From an uncultured candidatus Porisulfidus sp. (GTDB lineage: Bacteria; Pseudomonadota; Gammaproteobacteria; Poriferisulfidales; Poriferisulfidaceae): a stretch of DNA of 64,000 nucleotides. The translations under genes were made by a program, and so were the position numbers. The stretch covers positions 640,001-704,000 of the forward strand of contig OZ220480.1 in the NCBI GenBank assembly GCA_965116025.1, read 5' to 3'. Of this stretch, positions 23,232 through 32,686 are shown piece after piece; position 1 is the first letter of the stretch, and every line of letters begins with the position of its first letter. The notes below the pieces were generated by a model that was given only the letters and a program-made list of their open reading frames with translations, had not been told where the DNA came from and did not search any database.

Positions 23232-25066
23232 GCGCGAGAACCCCGCCGCCGAGCGTCATCGGCCTTCAGGTGAACCTTCAGGATGGCGACAGCGGCGGGC
23301 GTCACCCCGGGAACGCGGGCGGCCTGCCCCAGCGTCGCGGGGCGGCAGTGGCTGAGCTTTTCCCGCGCCTCATGCGACAGAGCAGAGATTGAGCGGTAAT
23401 CGATCCCCTCAGGCAAACGGCGGACCTCGTCGCGCTTCAGCTTCTCGATTTCTTGCTTGTGACGGCGAATATAGCCCTCGTAGCGCAACTCGATCTCGGC
23501 CTGACGGCCGATGTCGGGCCGGGCCGGCTCATAGTCCGGAGCGCCCGAGACGGCATCGGCGTAAGCGGTATCGGGACGACGCAGAACGTCGGCCAAGCTA
23601 CCTTCGCCCAGCCGGGTGGACCGTAAGCGTCGCAGTTCCGCCTCGACCGCGTCGCGCCGTTCGCGAAAAAGCTCCCATTGCGCGTCTCCGACCAGGCCCA
23701 GCTCGCGCCCAATCTCGGTCAGACGCAAATCGGCGTTGTCCTCCCGCAAGCTCAGCCGATATTCGGCGCGACTGGTGAACATGCGGTAGGGCTCGTCCAC
23801 TCCCCGGGTGGTCAGGTCGTCGACCAAAACGCCGATGTACGCCTGATCCCGGCGGGGCCACCAAACGTCCCGGCCCAGGCTTTGGGCCGCGGCGTTGAAG
23901 CCCGCGAGCAGCCCTTGCGCGGCCGCCTCCTCGTAGCCGGTCGTGCCGTTGATCTGCCCGGCCAGGTACAGTCCGGGAAGCGCCTCGCAGCATAGCGTCG
24001 GACGCAGTTGCCGAGGGTCGAAGAAGTCGTATTCGATGGCGTAGCCATGGCGCGTCAGCCGCGCCTCCTCGAACCCCGGAATCGTCCGGACGAACCGCTC
24101 CTGCGCCTCGGCCGGCAGACTGGTGGAGATTCCGTTGGGATAGACCACGTGGGTGCCCAGCCCTTCGGGCTCGATGAACACCTGGTGCGACGGACGGTCG
24201 GCGAAGCGAACCACTTTGTCCTCGACCGAAGGGCAATAGCGCGGCCCGCGACTGTCGATAGCACCGGTTCGCATTGGCGACTGGTGCAAATGCGCGCGGA
24301 TCACGTCGTGGGTGGCCTCCGTCGTGCGCGTCAGATGGCAATCCACTTGCCGCGGACGCGCGTCCAGAGAGCTGAGCCGGGACAACGGCGGCGGAGGGAT
24401 CTCCCCGGGCTGGGGGGTGGTCTTGGACCAATCGACGCTCCGGCCATCCAATCGGGGAGGGGTTCCGGTCTTGAGGCGCCCGACGTTCGGCAGCAACTCG
24501 CGCAACCGCCGCGCCAAAAGCAGGGAAGCGGGATCTCCGGCGCGTCCGCCCCGGGTCTGGTCAGCGCCGACATGAATGGCGCCGTCCAGAAACGTGCCGG
24601 TCGCCAGCACCACCGCGGACGCCTCGATACGGTCGCCTTCCTCGGTGAGGACGCCGCGCGCCCTGCCACCACGCTCAATCAGGTCGCCGACGGCGACGGC
24701 CCGGACCTCCAGATTTCGCTCCTCAGCGACGGCTCGCTGGATCGCTTCGCGATACAGCTCGCGGTCGGTCTGGACGCGGGTGGCCCGCACGGCGGGGCCC
24801 TTGCTGCGATTGAGCACCCGGACGTGGATGCCAGCGCGGTCCGCGGCACGCGCCATGACCCCTCCGAGCGCATCGATCTCGCGCGCCAGATGACTTTTCC
24901 CGATCCCCCCGATCGCCGGGTTGCAGCTCATCTGGCCGATCGAGTCGACGCGGTGGGTCAGAAGCAAGGTTCGCGCGCCCACGCGCGCGGCCGCCAAAGC
25001 CGCCTCCACGCCGGCGTGTCCGCCACCGATGACCAGAACGTCCCAAACGCGCGTCGCGTCCTTCAT
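23228..25066 (-). CDS. mnmG: tRNA uridine 5-carboxymethylaminomethyl modification enzyme
   Basis: 'GGGHAGVEAA', 'MSCNPAIGG', 'GPRYCPSVEDK' and 'AGQINGTTGYEEAAAQG'. Confidence 0.97.
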   Translation of the reverse strand: MKDATRVWDVLVIGGGHAGVEAALAAARVGARTLLLTHRVDSIGQMSCNPAIGGIGKSHLAREIDALGGVMARAADRAGIHVRVLNRSKGPAVRATRVQTDRELYREAIQRAVAEERNLEVRAVAVGDLIERGGRARGVLTEEGDRIEASAVVLATGTFLDGAIHVGADQTRGGRAGDPASLLLARRLRELLPNVGRLKTGTPPRLDGRSVDWSKTTPQPGEIPPPPLSRLSSLDARPRQVDCHLTRTTEATHDVIRAHLHQSPMRTGAIDSRGPRYCPSVEDKVVRFADRPSHQVFIEPEGLGTHVVYPNGISTSLPAEAQERFVRTIPGFEEARLTRHGYAIEYDFFDPRQLRPTLCCEALPGLYLAGQINGTTGYEEAAAQGLLAGFNAAAQSLGRDVWWPRRDQAYIGVLVDDLTTRGVDEPYRMFTSRAEYRLSLREDNADLRLTEIGRELGLVGDAQWELFRERRDAVEAELRRLRSTRLGEGSLADVLRRPDTAYADAVSGAPDYEPARPDIGRQAEIELRYEGYIRRHKQEIEKLKRDEVRRLPEGIDYRSISALSHEAREKLSHCRPATLGQAARVPGVTPAAVAILKVHLKADDARRRGSRA

Positions 25067-25108
25067 AGCGGGGTTAATATACTTGAATCGGACCATCCGT
25101 TTACGGGA

Positions 25109-25162
25109 ATGTCCGATATAATGCTGTAATCATTTTTATGTTATCAGACATATATCGGACAT
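25109..25162. promoter_or_regulatory. Inverted-repeat operator candidate in the divergent mnmG / HTH-gene promoter region
   Basis: atgtccgatata (25109-25120) and its exact reverse complement tatatcggacat (25151-25162), plus a near copy tatcagacat (25142-25151), in an AT-rich spacer. Confidence 0.6.
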
Positions 25163-25167
25163 AAGGG

Positions 25168-25659
25168 ATGCGTGGAGAGCGACGTAAACTGCTATTAATG
25201 CTAAAGAAGGCGGGAAGGTCCGTACCGATATCCGAGATTCGGGAAGGGTTTGAGGTCGACGACCGAACCCTGCGGCGCTGGCTGCTCGCCCTGCGCGACG
25301 AGGGGCGAGTCGAGGCCATCGGCGACAACAAGGGAAGACGCTACCGCCTCGCGCCATCGCGGGAGACCGGCCCGGGAATCGAGGATGGAACGCTTGAGGA
25401 GCTGCAACGGGAACTACTGCGCGAGGCGATCCGCGACGCGGCGAGCGGGCGGACGCTGACCGTCCTGCTCGCGGAGCGCGTCCGGGAGCTCCTGCCGGCC
25501 CCGGCCCGCGCGGGCTTCATAAAAACCACCTTGTCTCGCCTGCGCGCCATGACGACCGAGGAAGCGGAAGCGCTCGAGATTCCTCCGATGATGTTTCAAT
25601 ATTGGCGACGCGCGCAAACTTCGGCCCAATGCCAGGAAAACCAAACCCCGCCACCATGA
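25168..25659 (+). CDS. Winged-HTH protein resembling the N- and C-termini of HTH-Fic proteins, without a Fic domain
   Basis: wHTH 'ISEIREGFEVDDRTLRRWLLALRDEGRVEAIGDNKGRRYRL'; helical C-terminus; no HPFxxGNGR motif. Confidence 0.65.
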   Translation: MRGERRKLLLMLKKAGRSVPISEIREGFEVDDRTLRRWLLALRDEGRVEAIGDNKGRRYRLAPSRETGPGIEDGTLEELQRELLREAIRDAASGRTLTVLLAERVRELLPAPARAGFIKTTLSRLRAMTTEEAEALEIPPMMFQYWRRAQTSAQCQENQTPPP

Positions 25660-26387
25660 CCCTTCGCTTTCTCTCCATCGAGCATATCCCGCAAGAAGGA
25701 GTCGGCGCGATCTCCTCGTATATCCGGGAGCGCGGCGGCCACCTCGCCCGGCATAGACAATACCAGGGAGAGCCCCTATCCGCTTCCCACGACGACTACG
25801 ACGCGCTGGTGGTCATGGGAGGGCCGATGGGCGCGAGCGATGGAGATCGATACGCCTGGCTCGACCAAGAGACGCGCTTCATACGAGAGGCGATCGATCA
25901 GGGCAAGCGGGTTCTCGGCGTTTGCCTGGGCGCGCAACTGATCGCCAAGGCCCTGGGCGCGGAAGTGCGGAAGAACCATTGCGCGGAGATCGGATGGTTT
26001 CCGGTCCGGTTCGAGGACTCGTTTCGGAACGCTCCACCAGGGCGAGGACTCGACCGCGAGCTGGAGGTCCTCCACTGGCACGGCGACACGTTCGAGACAC
26101 CGTCGGGCGCGACTCGCGTCGCGAGCAGCGAAGCGTGCGCGAATCAAGGATTTCTGTTCGAGGGAAGGGCACTGGGGCTTCAGTTTCATCTGGAGATGGG
26201 AATGGAAGAAGCGCGCGTGATGACGGAAACCTTCCGGGACGAGTTGAAGCCCAGAAGGTTCGTGCAGGGCGAGGAGGAGATCAAGGCGCGAGCGGAGCGG
26301 AACGCCGCAACAGTGCGAAAAGCGCTGTTCTCTATGTTGGATGGCTTGCTGGAGCGCTTAGCGCCAAGGGAGGCGACCGAGGTCTGA
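25656..26387 (+). CDS. Class I glutamine amidotransferase (GMP-synthase-like, stand-alone)
   Basis: 'VMGGPMG', 'GVCLGAQL', 'HWHGDTF' and 'LGLQFHLE' (Cys-His-Glu triad); ATGA overlap with the upstream gene. Confidence 0.9.
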   Translation: MTLRFLSIEHIPQEGVGAISSYIRERGGHLARHRQYQGEPLSASHDDYDALVVMGGPMGASDGDRYAWLDQETRFIREAIDQGKRVLGVCLGAQLIAKALGAEVRKNHCAEIGWFPVRFEDSFRNAPPGRGLDRELEVLHWHGDTFETPSGATRVASSEACANQGFLFEGRALGLQFHLEMGMEEARVMTETFRDELKPRRFVQGEEEIKARAERNAATVRKALFSMLDGLLERLAPREATEV

Positions 26388-26479
26388 CCCGCATCGCCGA
26401 TGCTGGCGACATGGCAAAGTCGACGGCTCTTTGCGCTGTGTTAAACTTCACGCTCACCCCCATCAGATATCAACATCTA

Positions 26480-28373
26480 GTGCCCCCCCCCCCCCCCCCC
26501 CCTACAGCTCGTCTTCCCTATCGCCAGCACCAAGGTTGGCAAGCCATACGCGATAGCTGAGCATTGCGTCGTCGGCCCCGACATAGCGTGTCGAGAACTG
26601 ATCCAAAACGCGCTTGACGCGCACGCCTCTTTGCGAGACGGGCAGCCTTGCAAAGTTCTTTTCAAGATCTCCAAGATCAAGACCGAGGAGATTCCCGGAT
26701 ACGCCTGTTACCGGGCGGCCCTGAAAGACGCGCTCAAGTCGTGGAGCCAGAATGAATCCGTATCCACGTATCTCAAATCCATACAGAGAAACCTGAGCCA
26801 GCCAGAACTCGAGGTCCTTTATGTCATTGACAACGGCAAAGGCTTCAGCGAGAGAGGACTGGAGGCCGTCATGGCCGAAGGTTCTCCCGACAAGCAGGAG
26901 GGCTCTACCGGATCATTCGGAGTGGGACACCTCACGAGTTACGGCTTGTCAGGGATTCAGTACATTTGCTACGCGAGCAAGCAACGGGACGGGACGCTGT
27001 TGGCCACCGGTCACGCCATTCTGTCATCGCACGATTCCAATGGCGAGTTGCGCTCGAACAACGGATACTACGTCCAAGAATATCATCCAAGGTTCACCGA
27101 GCCCTTCGATTTTGGGGCGACCGATCAAATTCCCGATTTCCTGCGACGCGAACTGGATCGAATAACGTCTCCCTCCGGGTCCATCATCGCGATATTGGGA
27201 TTCAATCGATTCTCCCAAGGCTCCCGAAAGAGATCTCGCGGGCAAAAAGAACTACATGAACTGATCCGCGAAGCGGTCGCCGAGAATTTCGCTATCGCCA
27301 TTTGGGCGAACCATCTTGAAGTCGACGTTCTCGATACGACGCAGAATGATCTCGAATCGATACTGCACCATACGGTGGACAAGAACGGTATAGAAGAATT
27401 CCTTAAGCACATGGCTCGCCCGGACACCGGGACCAAGGTGCAGACGCTCAAGGCGCAACAAACGCTGGATTCCATCCAAACGTACCGGGAATCCTCAAAG
27501 TCAGGCAATCTCTCCGGCGATTTCAAGGATTGCCAAATCTCTTTGCGCAACCGGGCTCGCGCCCATAGCGTGTCGATCTGGCGCAACGGCATGCTCATCA
27601 CGCGCAAGCATCGGGGACTGGCCAAAAATCAGTTCGATAACAAGAAGCCTTTTGACGCTGTCGTCATGCTGAGCGGCAAGGAGCGTCCCCACGACGCGCA
27701 CGACATCGTGAAAAAAGCGGAAACGCCTATGCACGACAGAATTCAGGAGAACAGGCTTGAGAACGAAACCGAGCGGAAAACGCTGAAACGATGGTTGGAA
27801 GAAATTCGATCATGGATTTCCGAACATGCCGAAGAATCGGGAGGCGAGTCAGCGGATCTGGAAGACGAGATCGTCCTAGATGGAGGCAATACCATGAAAG
27901 AAAAAGCATCAAGGTCCTTGAAAATCATTCCGGGCTCGGGGAATGGCGAAGACGAGCCTATCGATCCCAAAACGCCCAAGACAACACCGCCGTATCCCCC
28001 ACGTCCGGGCCCACGCCGCGTCCGGCGAAAACTCTCTCCAGCGAAAGCCCAAGGGAGGCCGCTCGCGAACGACCGCTACCGAATCCGAATAAAGCCAGAG
28101 GCCCGCGTCGACAGAGGCTTCGTCAAAATCATCATTGACAGCGGGCAAGACCCCAGTTGCAGGGGGGCGATCCAAGACACGCCTCTAGTCATTCGGTCAG
28201 CAAAAAGTCCAGATGGACGAGCATACCGCGTGGGTAGCGGTGGATTGGTTCAGTTGGGCAATCTGCAAGAAGGCGAAACGGTAGTCGTCGATTTGGCTTT
28301 CCGGGATCCGCCCGGGGACTTCAACCAAATCTCTCTAGGCTGTCTGCTCGGAACTACGGAGGAGAAAGAGTGA
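26480..28373 (+). CDS. GHKL (MORC/Hsp90-like) ATPase-domain protein; 5' end frameshifted at the poly-C tract as sequenced
   Basis: The frame of track ORF 26631..28373 stays open upstream to a TAG at 26478 and reads 'LQLVFPIASTKVGKPYAIAEHCVVGPDIACRELIQNALDA' (motif I). Also 'YVIDNGKGFS' (motif II), 'GSFGVG' (motif III), a Pro-rich linker and a beta-rich tail. Confidence 0.8.
26483..26502 (+). repeat. Poly-C homopolymer (C20)
   Basis: 20 consecutive C directly after GTG at 26480-26482. Confidence 0.95.
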
Positions 28374-29221
28374 GCACGTTATTTCCCCACCCTGTTCTGC
28401 ATCAGGATACGCTCGACTATAGCGACCCGAAGGCGTACCAAGCGACCTTCAAAAGAATGGGAAAAACCACGCTGGTAGTGGAGCACACCTTGCGGCGAGA
28501 CACATTGATCGCTTCGTTGATTGAGCAAGAAAAGGCTTCTTTCTACTGCACGGTATCCATCGGGGGAACAGCTTTTCGCAAAACCGAGCCGGCTCCCGCG
28601 AGCATCCGTGATGGGAGCATCACCGCCCATCAAGAAATCGAACACCCCGCCTTCGTCAATCGGTACGACGTATTCGCGTCCGCTGGCGTCCTGAACCACG
28701 AAGCGAAGAGAATGCCATGGGAAAAGGCCACGGGCATTGATGCTTTTTATAAAGACGAAACGTCGGATTTAGAGTTTTCCGCAGGGGCCATGCTCGCTTG
28801 CAGCGGCTGGCGACATTTTTATCCGATGGACGCCTTGTTTCGAATCAAGTCCAATTCCGACCTTAATACGGGAGTATTCCAAGCCGAACCAAGCTATCAG
28901 CCCACCATCCGAATCACCATCCAAATGAACAACAAACTGTACGATGAAGTGGAAGGCAACTCCCAAGGAACAGTTCGGTCGCATGTCCTATGCGCGTCCC
29001 TAATTCCCGTGCTGAAAGAACTTGAAGAGAAATACAAACGCTGCAGCGAGAAAAGCGACACGGAAAGCCTAGACACTGATAGAGCGGACTTAGAGGCGGC
29101 GGAAGGGTTGAAACGATTTCTCATCTCGAAAGAAATTCCGACTTGGGAGGATGAAGCGTTCAACGCGGTTGAAGCGGCATCGAAGTTCAAGCCAGCCATG
29201 CTGGACGACCGCGAGGAATAA
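28370..29221 (+). CDS. Hypothetical protein with N-terminal 'FPHPVL' motif (cassette gene 2)
   Basis: 283-aa ORF; GTGA overlap with the GHKL gene and GGAG RBS upstream. Confidence 0.75.
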   Translation: MSTLFPHPVLHQDTLDYSDPKAYQATFKRMGKTTLVVEHTLRRDTLIASLIEQEKASFYCTVSIGGTAFRKTEPAPASIRDGSITAHQEIEHPAFVNRYDVFASAGVLNHEAKRMPWEKATGIDAFYKDETSDLEFSAGAMLACSGWRHFYPMDALFRIKSNSDLNTGVFQAEPSYQPTIRITIQMNNKLYDEVEGNSQGTVRSHVLCASLIPVLKELEEKYKRCSEKSDTESLDTDRADLEAAEGLKRFLISKEIPTWEDEAFNAVEAASKFKPAMLDDREE

Positions 29222-29224
29222 CGG

Positions 29225-30136
29225 ATGACGATTTATCGCCACTTGAGCGACGAGCGCCTGTACCGGTGGGCCAAATCCATGATCGCCAAAAAAGGAAGCG
29301 AGAAACAACGCGAGTTTCTTGCGCATGTCGCTGACGACAGCCCCGATGAATTCGTTGATTATGTGGAAAGCTGTATAGGAAACCGAGCCTCAGCCTATAA
29401 AAACCCCGACGGAGAAACTCCCACCCTGCTCGATCAATCGGGACAACCCGTCGTGTCAATGACTGCCGGCCACATGTATCTCATGCCAGCAAAGGACATC
29501 CAGAGACTGCACGACCACTGGCGAGACATCCCGTATGGAGACGCGGTTTGTCCAACCTTATGGGGCGCGATCACTCTGTCCGAGATTCGAGCGGGCCGAA
29601 TTCATCCTGTCTGGCTCGCCGTGGATCGTAAAGGATGCGAAGACGCGACGCGCAAAGAGATCGAAAGATCTCTGCGAGAAAAACAGGACATGAAAATCGA
29701 TACGCTGGTGCGACGGTGCATGCGGTGGATGACAGCACCAGGAACCATGCGCGGCGCGCCCGAGTTATACGGCAACTGCTCTCTCGCGAAAGCTTGGTGG
29801 TGCGGACATTTCTCGCGTTTGGTCCACGACCAGACTAAAGCCGACCTTGACGAGATCGTTAAATCCCTGCAGAAATCCTGGCTTGGACTGACCGACTATC
29901 TCGCGGGGAAACTGACCGTGATCGGCGAGCCCAGCGTTATCGCGGGATTCACCCTGTGGGCCCGCAAGCGACTCGATCAAGAAAAGCAATTGCCGCGAAA
30001 ACATGTCGAGCGGACCTGCCAGACATTAGGAGAGATCTCTTCCTGGTGCGTGCTCGGCTGGATGTCTGCCGAGGAAATCGAGAGAAAGATTTTCGGCTTC
30101 AAACCAGTAACGAGCTTTCAAGAAGACGTGCACTAA
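29225..30136 (+). CDS. Hypothetical protein, possibly DUF6339-like (cassette gene 3)
   Basis: 303-aa ORF starting 3 nt after gene 2. 'AVCPTLWGAIT' and 'NCSLAKAWWCG' recall the DUF6339 'xxxRLW' and 'RNxxSRLWW' motifs (from memory). Confidence 0.65.
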   Translation: MTIYRHLSDERLYRWAKSMIAKKGSEKQREFLAHVADDSPDEFVDYVESCIGNRASAYKNPDGETPTLLDQSGQPVVSMTAGHMYLMPAKDIQRLHDHWRDIPYGDAVCPTLWGAITLSEIRAGRIHPVWLAVDRKGCEDATRKEIERSLREKQDMKIDTLVRRCMRWMTAPGTMRGAPELYGNCSLAKAWWCGHFSRLVHDQTKADLDEIVKSLQKSWLGLTDYLAGKLTVIGEPSVIAGFTLWARKRLDQEKQLPRKHVERTCQTLGEISSWCVLGWMSAEEIERKIFGFKPVTSFQEDVH

Positions 30137-30142
30137 CGCATC

Positions 30143-31534
30143 ATGAGCGCCTCCCGCAGTGGAGCTGTTGATGTTCCGAGACTATCCGCGCATCTTTGGA
30201 GAGGAGGGCTCCCACGTCGCGGAATCCTCCATTATGAATCCGCGAAGCATCGCGATGCTCCACATGTAGTCAAGTTCTCTGGAGGCCGGTCCAGCGGCCT
30301 GATGTTGCTTATCCTCCTAGAAAACGGTTTGCTGAAAGCGGAGCGGGGAGACGTGGTCCTGTTCACGAACACATCCGCCGAGCATCCGGCCACTTATGAC
30401 TTCGTCAAAAAGATGAAGCGCGTCACCGAGCGTATGGGAATTCCTTTCTTTCTCGCCCAGCTACAGACTTTCGAGACCGTCGCGAAAGGCGAATGGCGCC
30501 GCCGGCTAAGCTACCGCCTGACGACCGATAGCCCGGCATCCGCCAAAGATCCTTTGGGCTATGAATATCGCGGAGAGGTTTTCGAGGAGGCAATAGCCTG
30601 GAACGGTATGCTTCCCTCAGTGCATACCCGCGTCTGCACAACGCTGATGAAAATGTTCGTGACTCGGGAGTTTTTGTCAGACTGGTTCGGTAGCGCGGAC
30701 GGAATCCCGATGCGCGGCCATACCGGCGACACTTCCCAAGTAATGCCCAGCATTCTGTACCAGGAACACTTGGTGAATCGAGGAAAAATGTCTTTCATGG
30801 AGTACCGAAAACGCCATGATCTTTTGAAATCCCGACCCACATTCAGGCCCGAGCAAAAGTATGCGGATTACACGAAGGCGACCATCCAAGGCCATGAAAA
30901 TCCAAGACTCAGGGAAAGCGTGCTAGGAAACAAGTGCGAACTATTCGGCGAGCATTCCGCCAAATTTCTGACCTTCTTGGGATTTCGGTTTGGGGAGTAC
31001 GCACGCTACCAGCGAATGACACAACGAAACAAGGGGGAGGAAACCCCCGGACATGACACCCACCCAACGGGCGAGTTTTCTTATTCCCCCCTCTTCGACC
31101 TCGGCATCGATCAAGCCAAAGTGCTACGGTTTTGGAAAAAACAACCGGCGCGCCTGCGCCCCCTCCTTCCGACAGATATTAATCTTTCCAATTGCGTGTA
31201 TTGCTTTCTGAAAGGTCCTCGGGCCCTAGGCGAAATTCAAAACACTAAGAGAGACTTCGAAAAAACGTTGCCTCCTTCCGTGCAAGCCGAGTGCAGGAAA
31301 ACCAAAACGCCCAATTCTATTAACTGGTGGATCCACCTGGAGGATTCGAGAAAGCGAACAGCGAACAAGAAAAACTCGGATGGCAGCAACAACCAAACGT
31401 TCGGCATGTTCGGGCTGAAAGACTTGGACTACCGGGCAATTAAAGAGCGAGCGTTAGTAGAAAAGCGAAAAGACAAGCGGGCTTTCACGGAGACATTGCC
31501 CGCCTCCACCTTGAATTGCGAATGCACCGACTAA
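30143..31534 (+). CDS. PAPS-reductase/PP-loop family protein with Cys clusters (DndC/SspD analogue)
   Basis: PP-loop 'VVKFSGGRSSGLM', 'FTNTSAEHPATYDFV', 'RVCTTLMK', 'GFRFGEYAR', 'SNCVYCFLKG' and C-terminal 'CECTD'. Confidence 0.85.
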   Translation: MSASRSGAVDVPRLSAHLWRGGLPRRGILHYESAKHRDAPHVVKFSGGRSSGLMLLILLENGLLKAERGDVVLFTNTSAEHPATYDFVKKMKRVTERMGIPFFLAQLQTFETVAKGEWRRRLSYRLTTDSPASAKDPLGYEYRGEVFEEAIAWNGMLPSVHTRVCTTLMKMFVTREFLSDWFGSADGIPMRGHTGDTSQVMPSILYQEHLVNRGKMSFMEYRKRHDLLKSRPTFRPEQKYADYTKATIQGHENPRLRESVLGNKCELFGEHSAKFLTFLGFRFGEYARYQRMTQRNKGEETPGHDTHPTGEFSYSPLFDLGIDQAKVLRFWKKQPARLRPLLPTDINLSNCVYCFLKGPRALGEIQNTKRDFEKTLPPSVQAECRKTKTPNSINWWIHLEDSRKRTANKKNSDGSNNQTFGMFGLKDLDYRAIKERALVEKRKDKRAFTETLPASTLNCECTD

Positions 31535-32670
31535 AGCCCGTTTATTTCGATTACGCGGCCACCACTCCTGTCGATGAGCGCGTTGTGGAAGCGATGACTC
31601 CCTATTGGAAATTGGGCGGAACCTTCGGTAACCCCTCGAGCATTCACCATCCCTATGGGACCGAAGCGGCGAACGCAGTCGAAATGGCGAGGAAAAGAGT
31701 AGCCCGCTTGATTGGAGCGGAAGCCCGCGAGATCATCTGGACATCTGGAGCCACAGAAGCGAACAATCTCGCTATGCGAGGGTGTCTTCAAGCTGGAACA
31801 AAATCTCCGCGCCAGTTGATTACCGTCGCCACCGAACACAGCTCGGTTCTAGACACGGCGATAGCGCTTCGCAAAGAAGGAATGGATGTCAAAGTGTTAC
31901 CAGTTGATCGGAACGGGCTTGTTGGACTGGAAGAGCTCGAGCGGGTGATCAGTGAAGGTGACGCTTTGGTTTCAATCATGTGGGTCAACAACGAAACCGG
32001 GATCATTCAGCCTGTGGAAGAGATTTCTAGTCTATGCAGAAAGGAAGGCGCGATCCTCCATATCGATGCGGCTCAGGCGATAGGGAAGACCCCTGTTAAT
32101 GTCCAGAAAGTCGCAGCTGATTTGGTCTCGCTGTCCGCCCACAAAGTTTACGGCCCCAAAGGAATTGGCGCGTTGTTCGCACGTAAGGGAATCAAAATCA
32201 ATCCGATCATGCACGGTGGCGGACAGGAAAAGGGGATACGCCCCGGAACTTCTCCTGTCCCCATGATCGCGGGCATGGGCATGGCTTTCGACATTCTCCG
32301 TCGGGAAGCGAGCTCGTTCAACAAGCAAGCGGCGAATTGGCACGCGAGGTTGACATCCACCATCGAAGGACTGGGCGGAAGCCAAATCAATGGAGGAAAA
32401 GCGAAAAAAGTCCCTCACATCATCAACGCCAGTTTCAAGAATCTGGATGAAACGCTAATCCCATATATGAGGAAAGTCGCCATTTCGGCCGGCTCCGCCT
32501 GCGCGACAAAGAGAACCACCGCATCCCATGTCCTGCGAGGCATGGGCGTGAGCCGCCGCATGGCGCTTACTTCTCTGCGGATTTCGATAGGAAGATTCAC
32601 CACCGATTCGGATATAGAGATTCTTGAGCAGGACTTAATTGACGCCTTGTCCAAGCTGAGGGCTGGATAA
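31522..32670 (+). CDS. Cysteine desulfurase (IscS/DndA/SspA-like)
   Basis: 'YFDYAATTP', 'FGNPSS', 'TSGATEANN', PLP lysine in 'SAHKVYGPKGIGAL' and catalytic Cys in 'SAGSACAT'; overlaps the upstream gene by 13 nt. Confidence 0.93.
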   Translation: MHRLKPVYFDYAATTPVDERVVEAMTPYWKLGGTFGNPSSIHHPYGTEAANAVEMARKRVARLIGAEAREIIWTSGATEANNLAMRGCLQAGTKSPRQLITVATEHSSVLDTAIALRKEGMDVKVLPVDRNGLVGLEELERVISEGDALVSIMWVNNETGIIQPVEEISSLCRKEGAILHIDAAQAIGKTPVNVQKVAADLVSLSAHKVYGPKGIGALFARKGIKINPIMHGGGQEKGIRPGTSPVPMIAGMGMAFDILRREASSFNKQAANWHARLTSTIEGLGGSQINGGKAKKVPHIINASFKNLDETLIPYMRKVAISAGSACATKRTTASHVLRGMGVSRRMALTSLRISIGRFTTDSDIEILEQDLIDALSKLRAG

Positions 32671-32686
32671 AGATGGAGGAAGAACA

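Noticed and set aside
30143-32670. Interpretation as housekeeping sulfate assimilation (cysH) or isc/suf Fe-S biogenesis
   Set aside because: No cysDN/cysIJ or iscRUA/suf neighbours; low-GC island context among nucleases; the protein is longer than CysH and has different Cys motifs.
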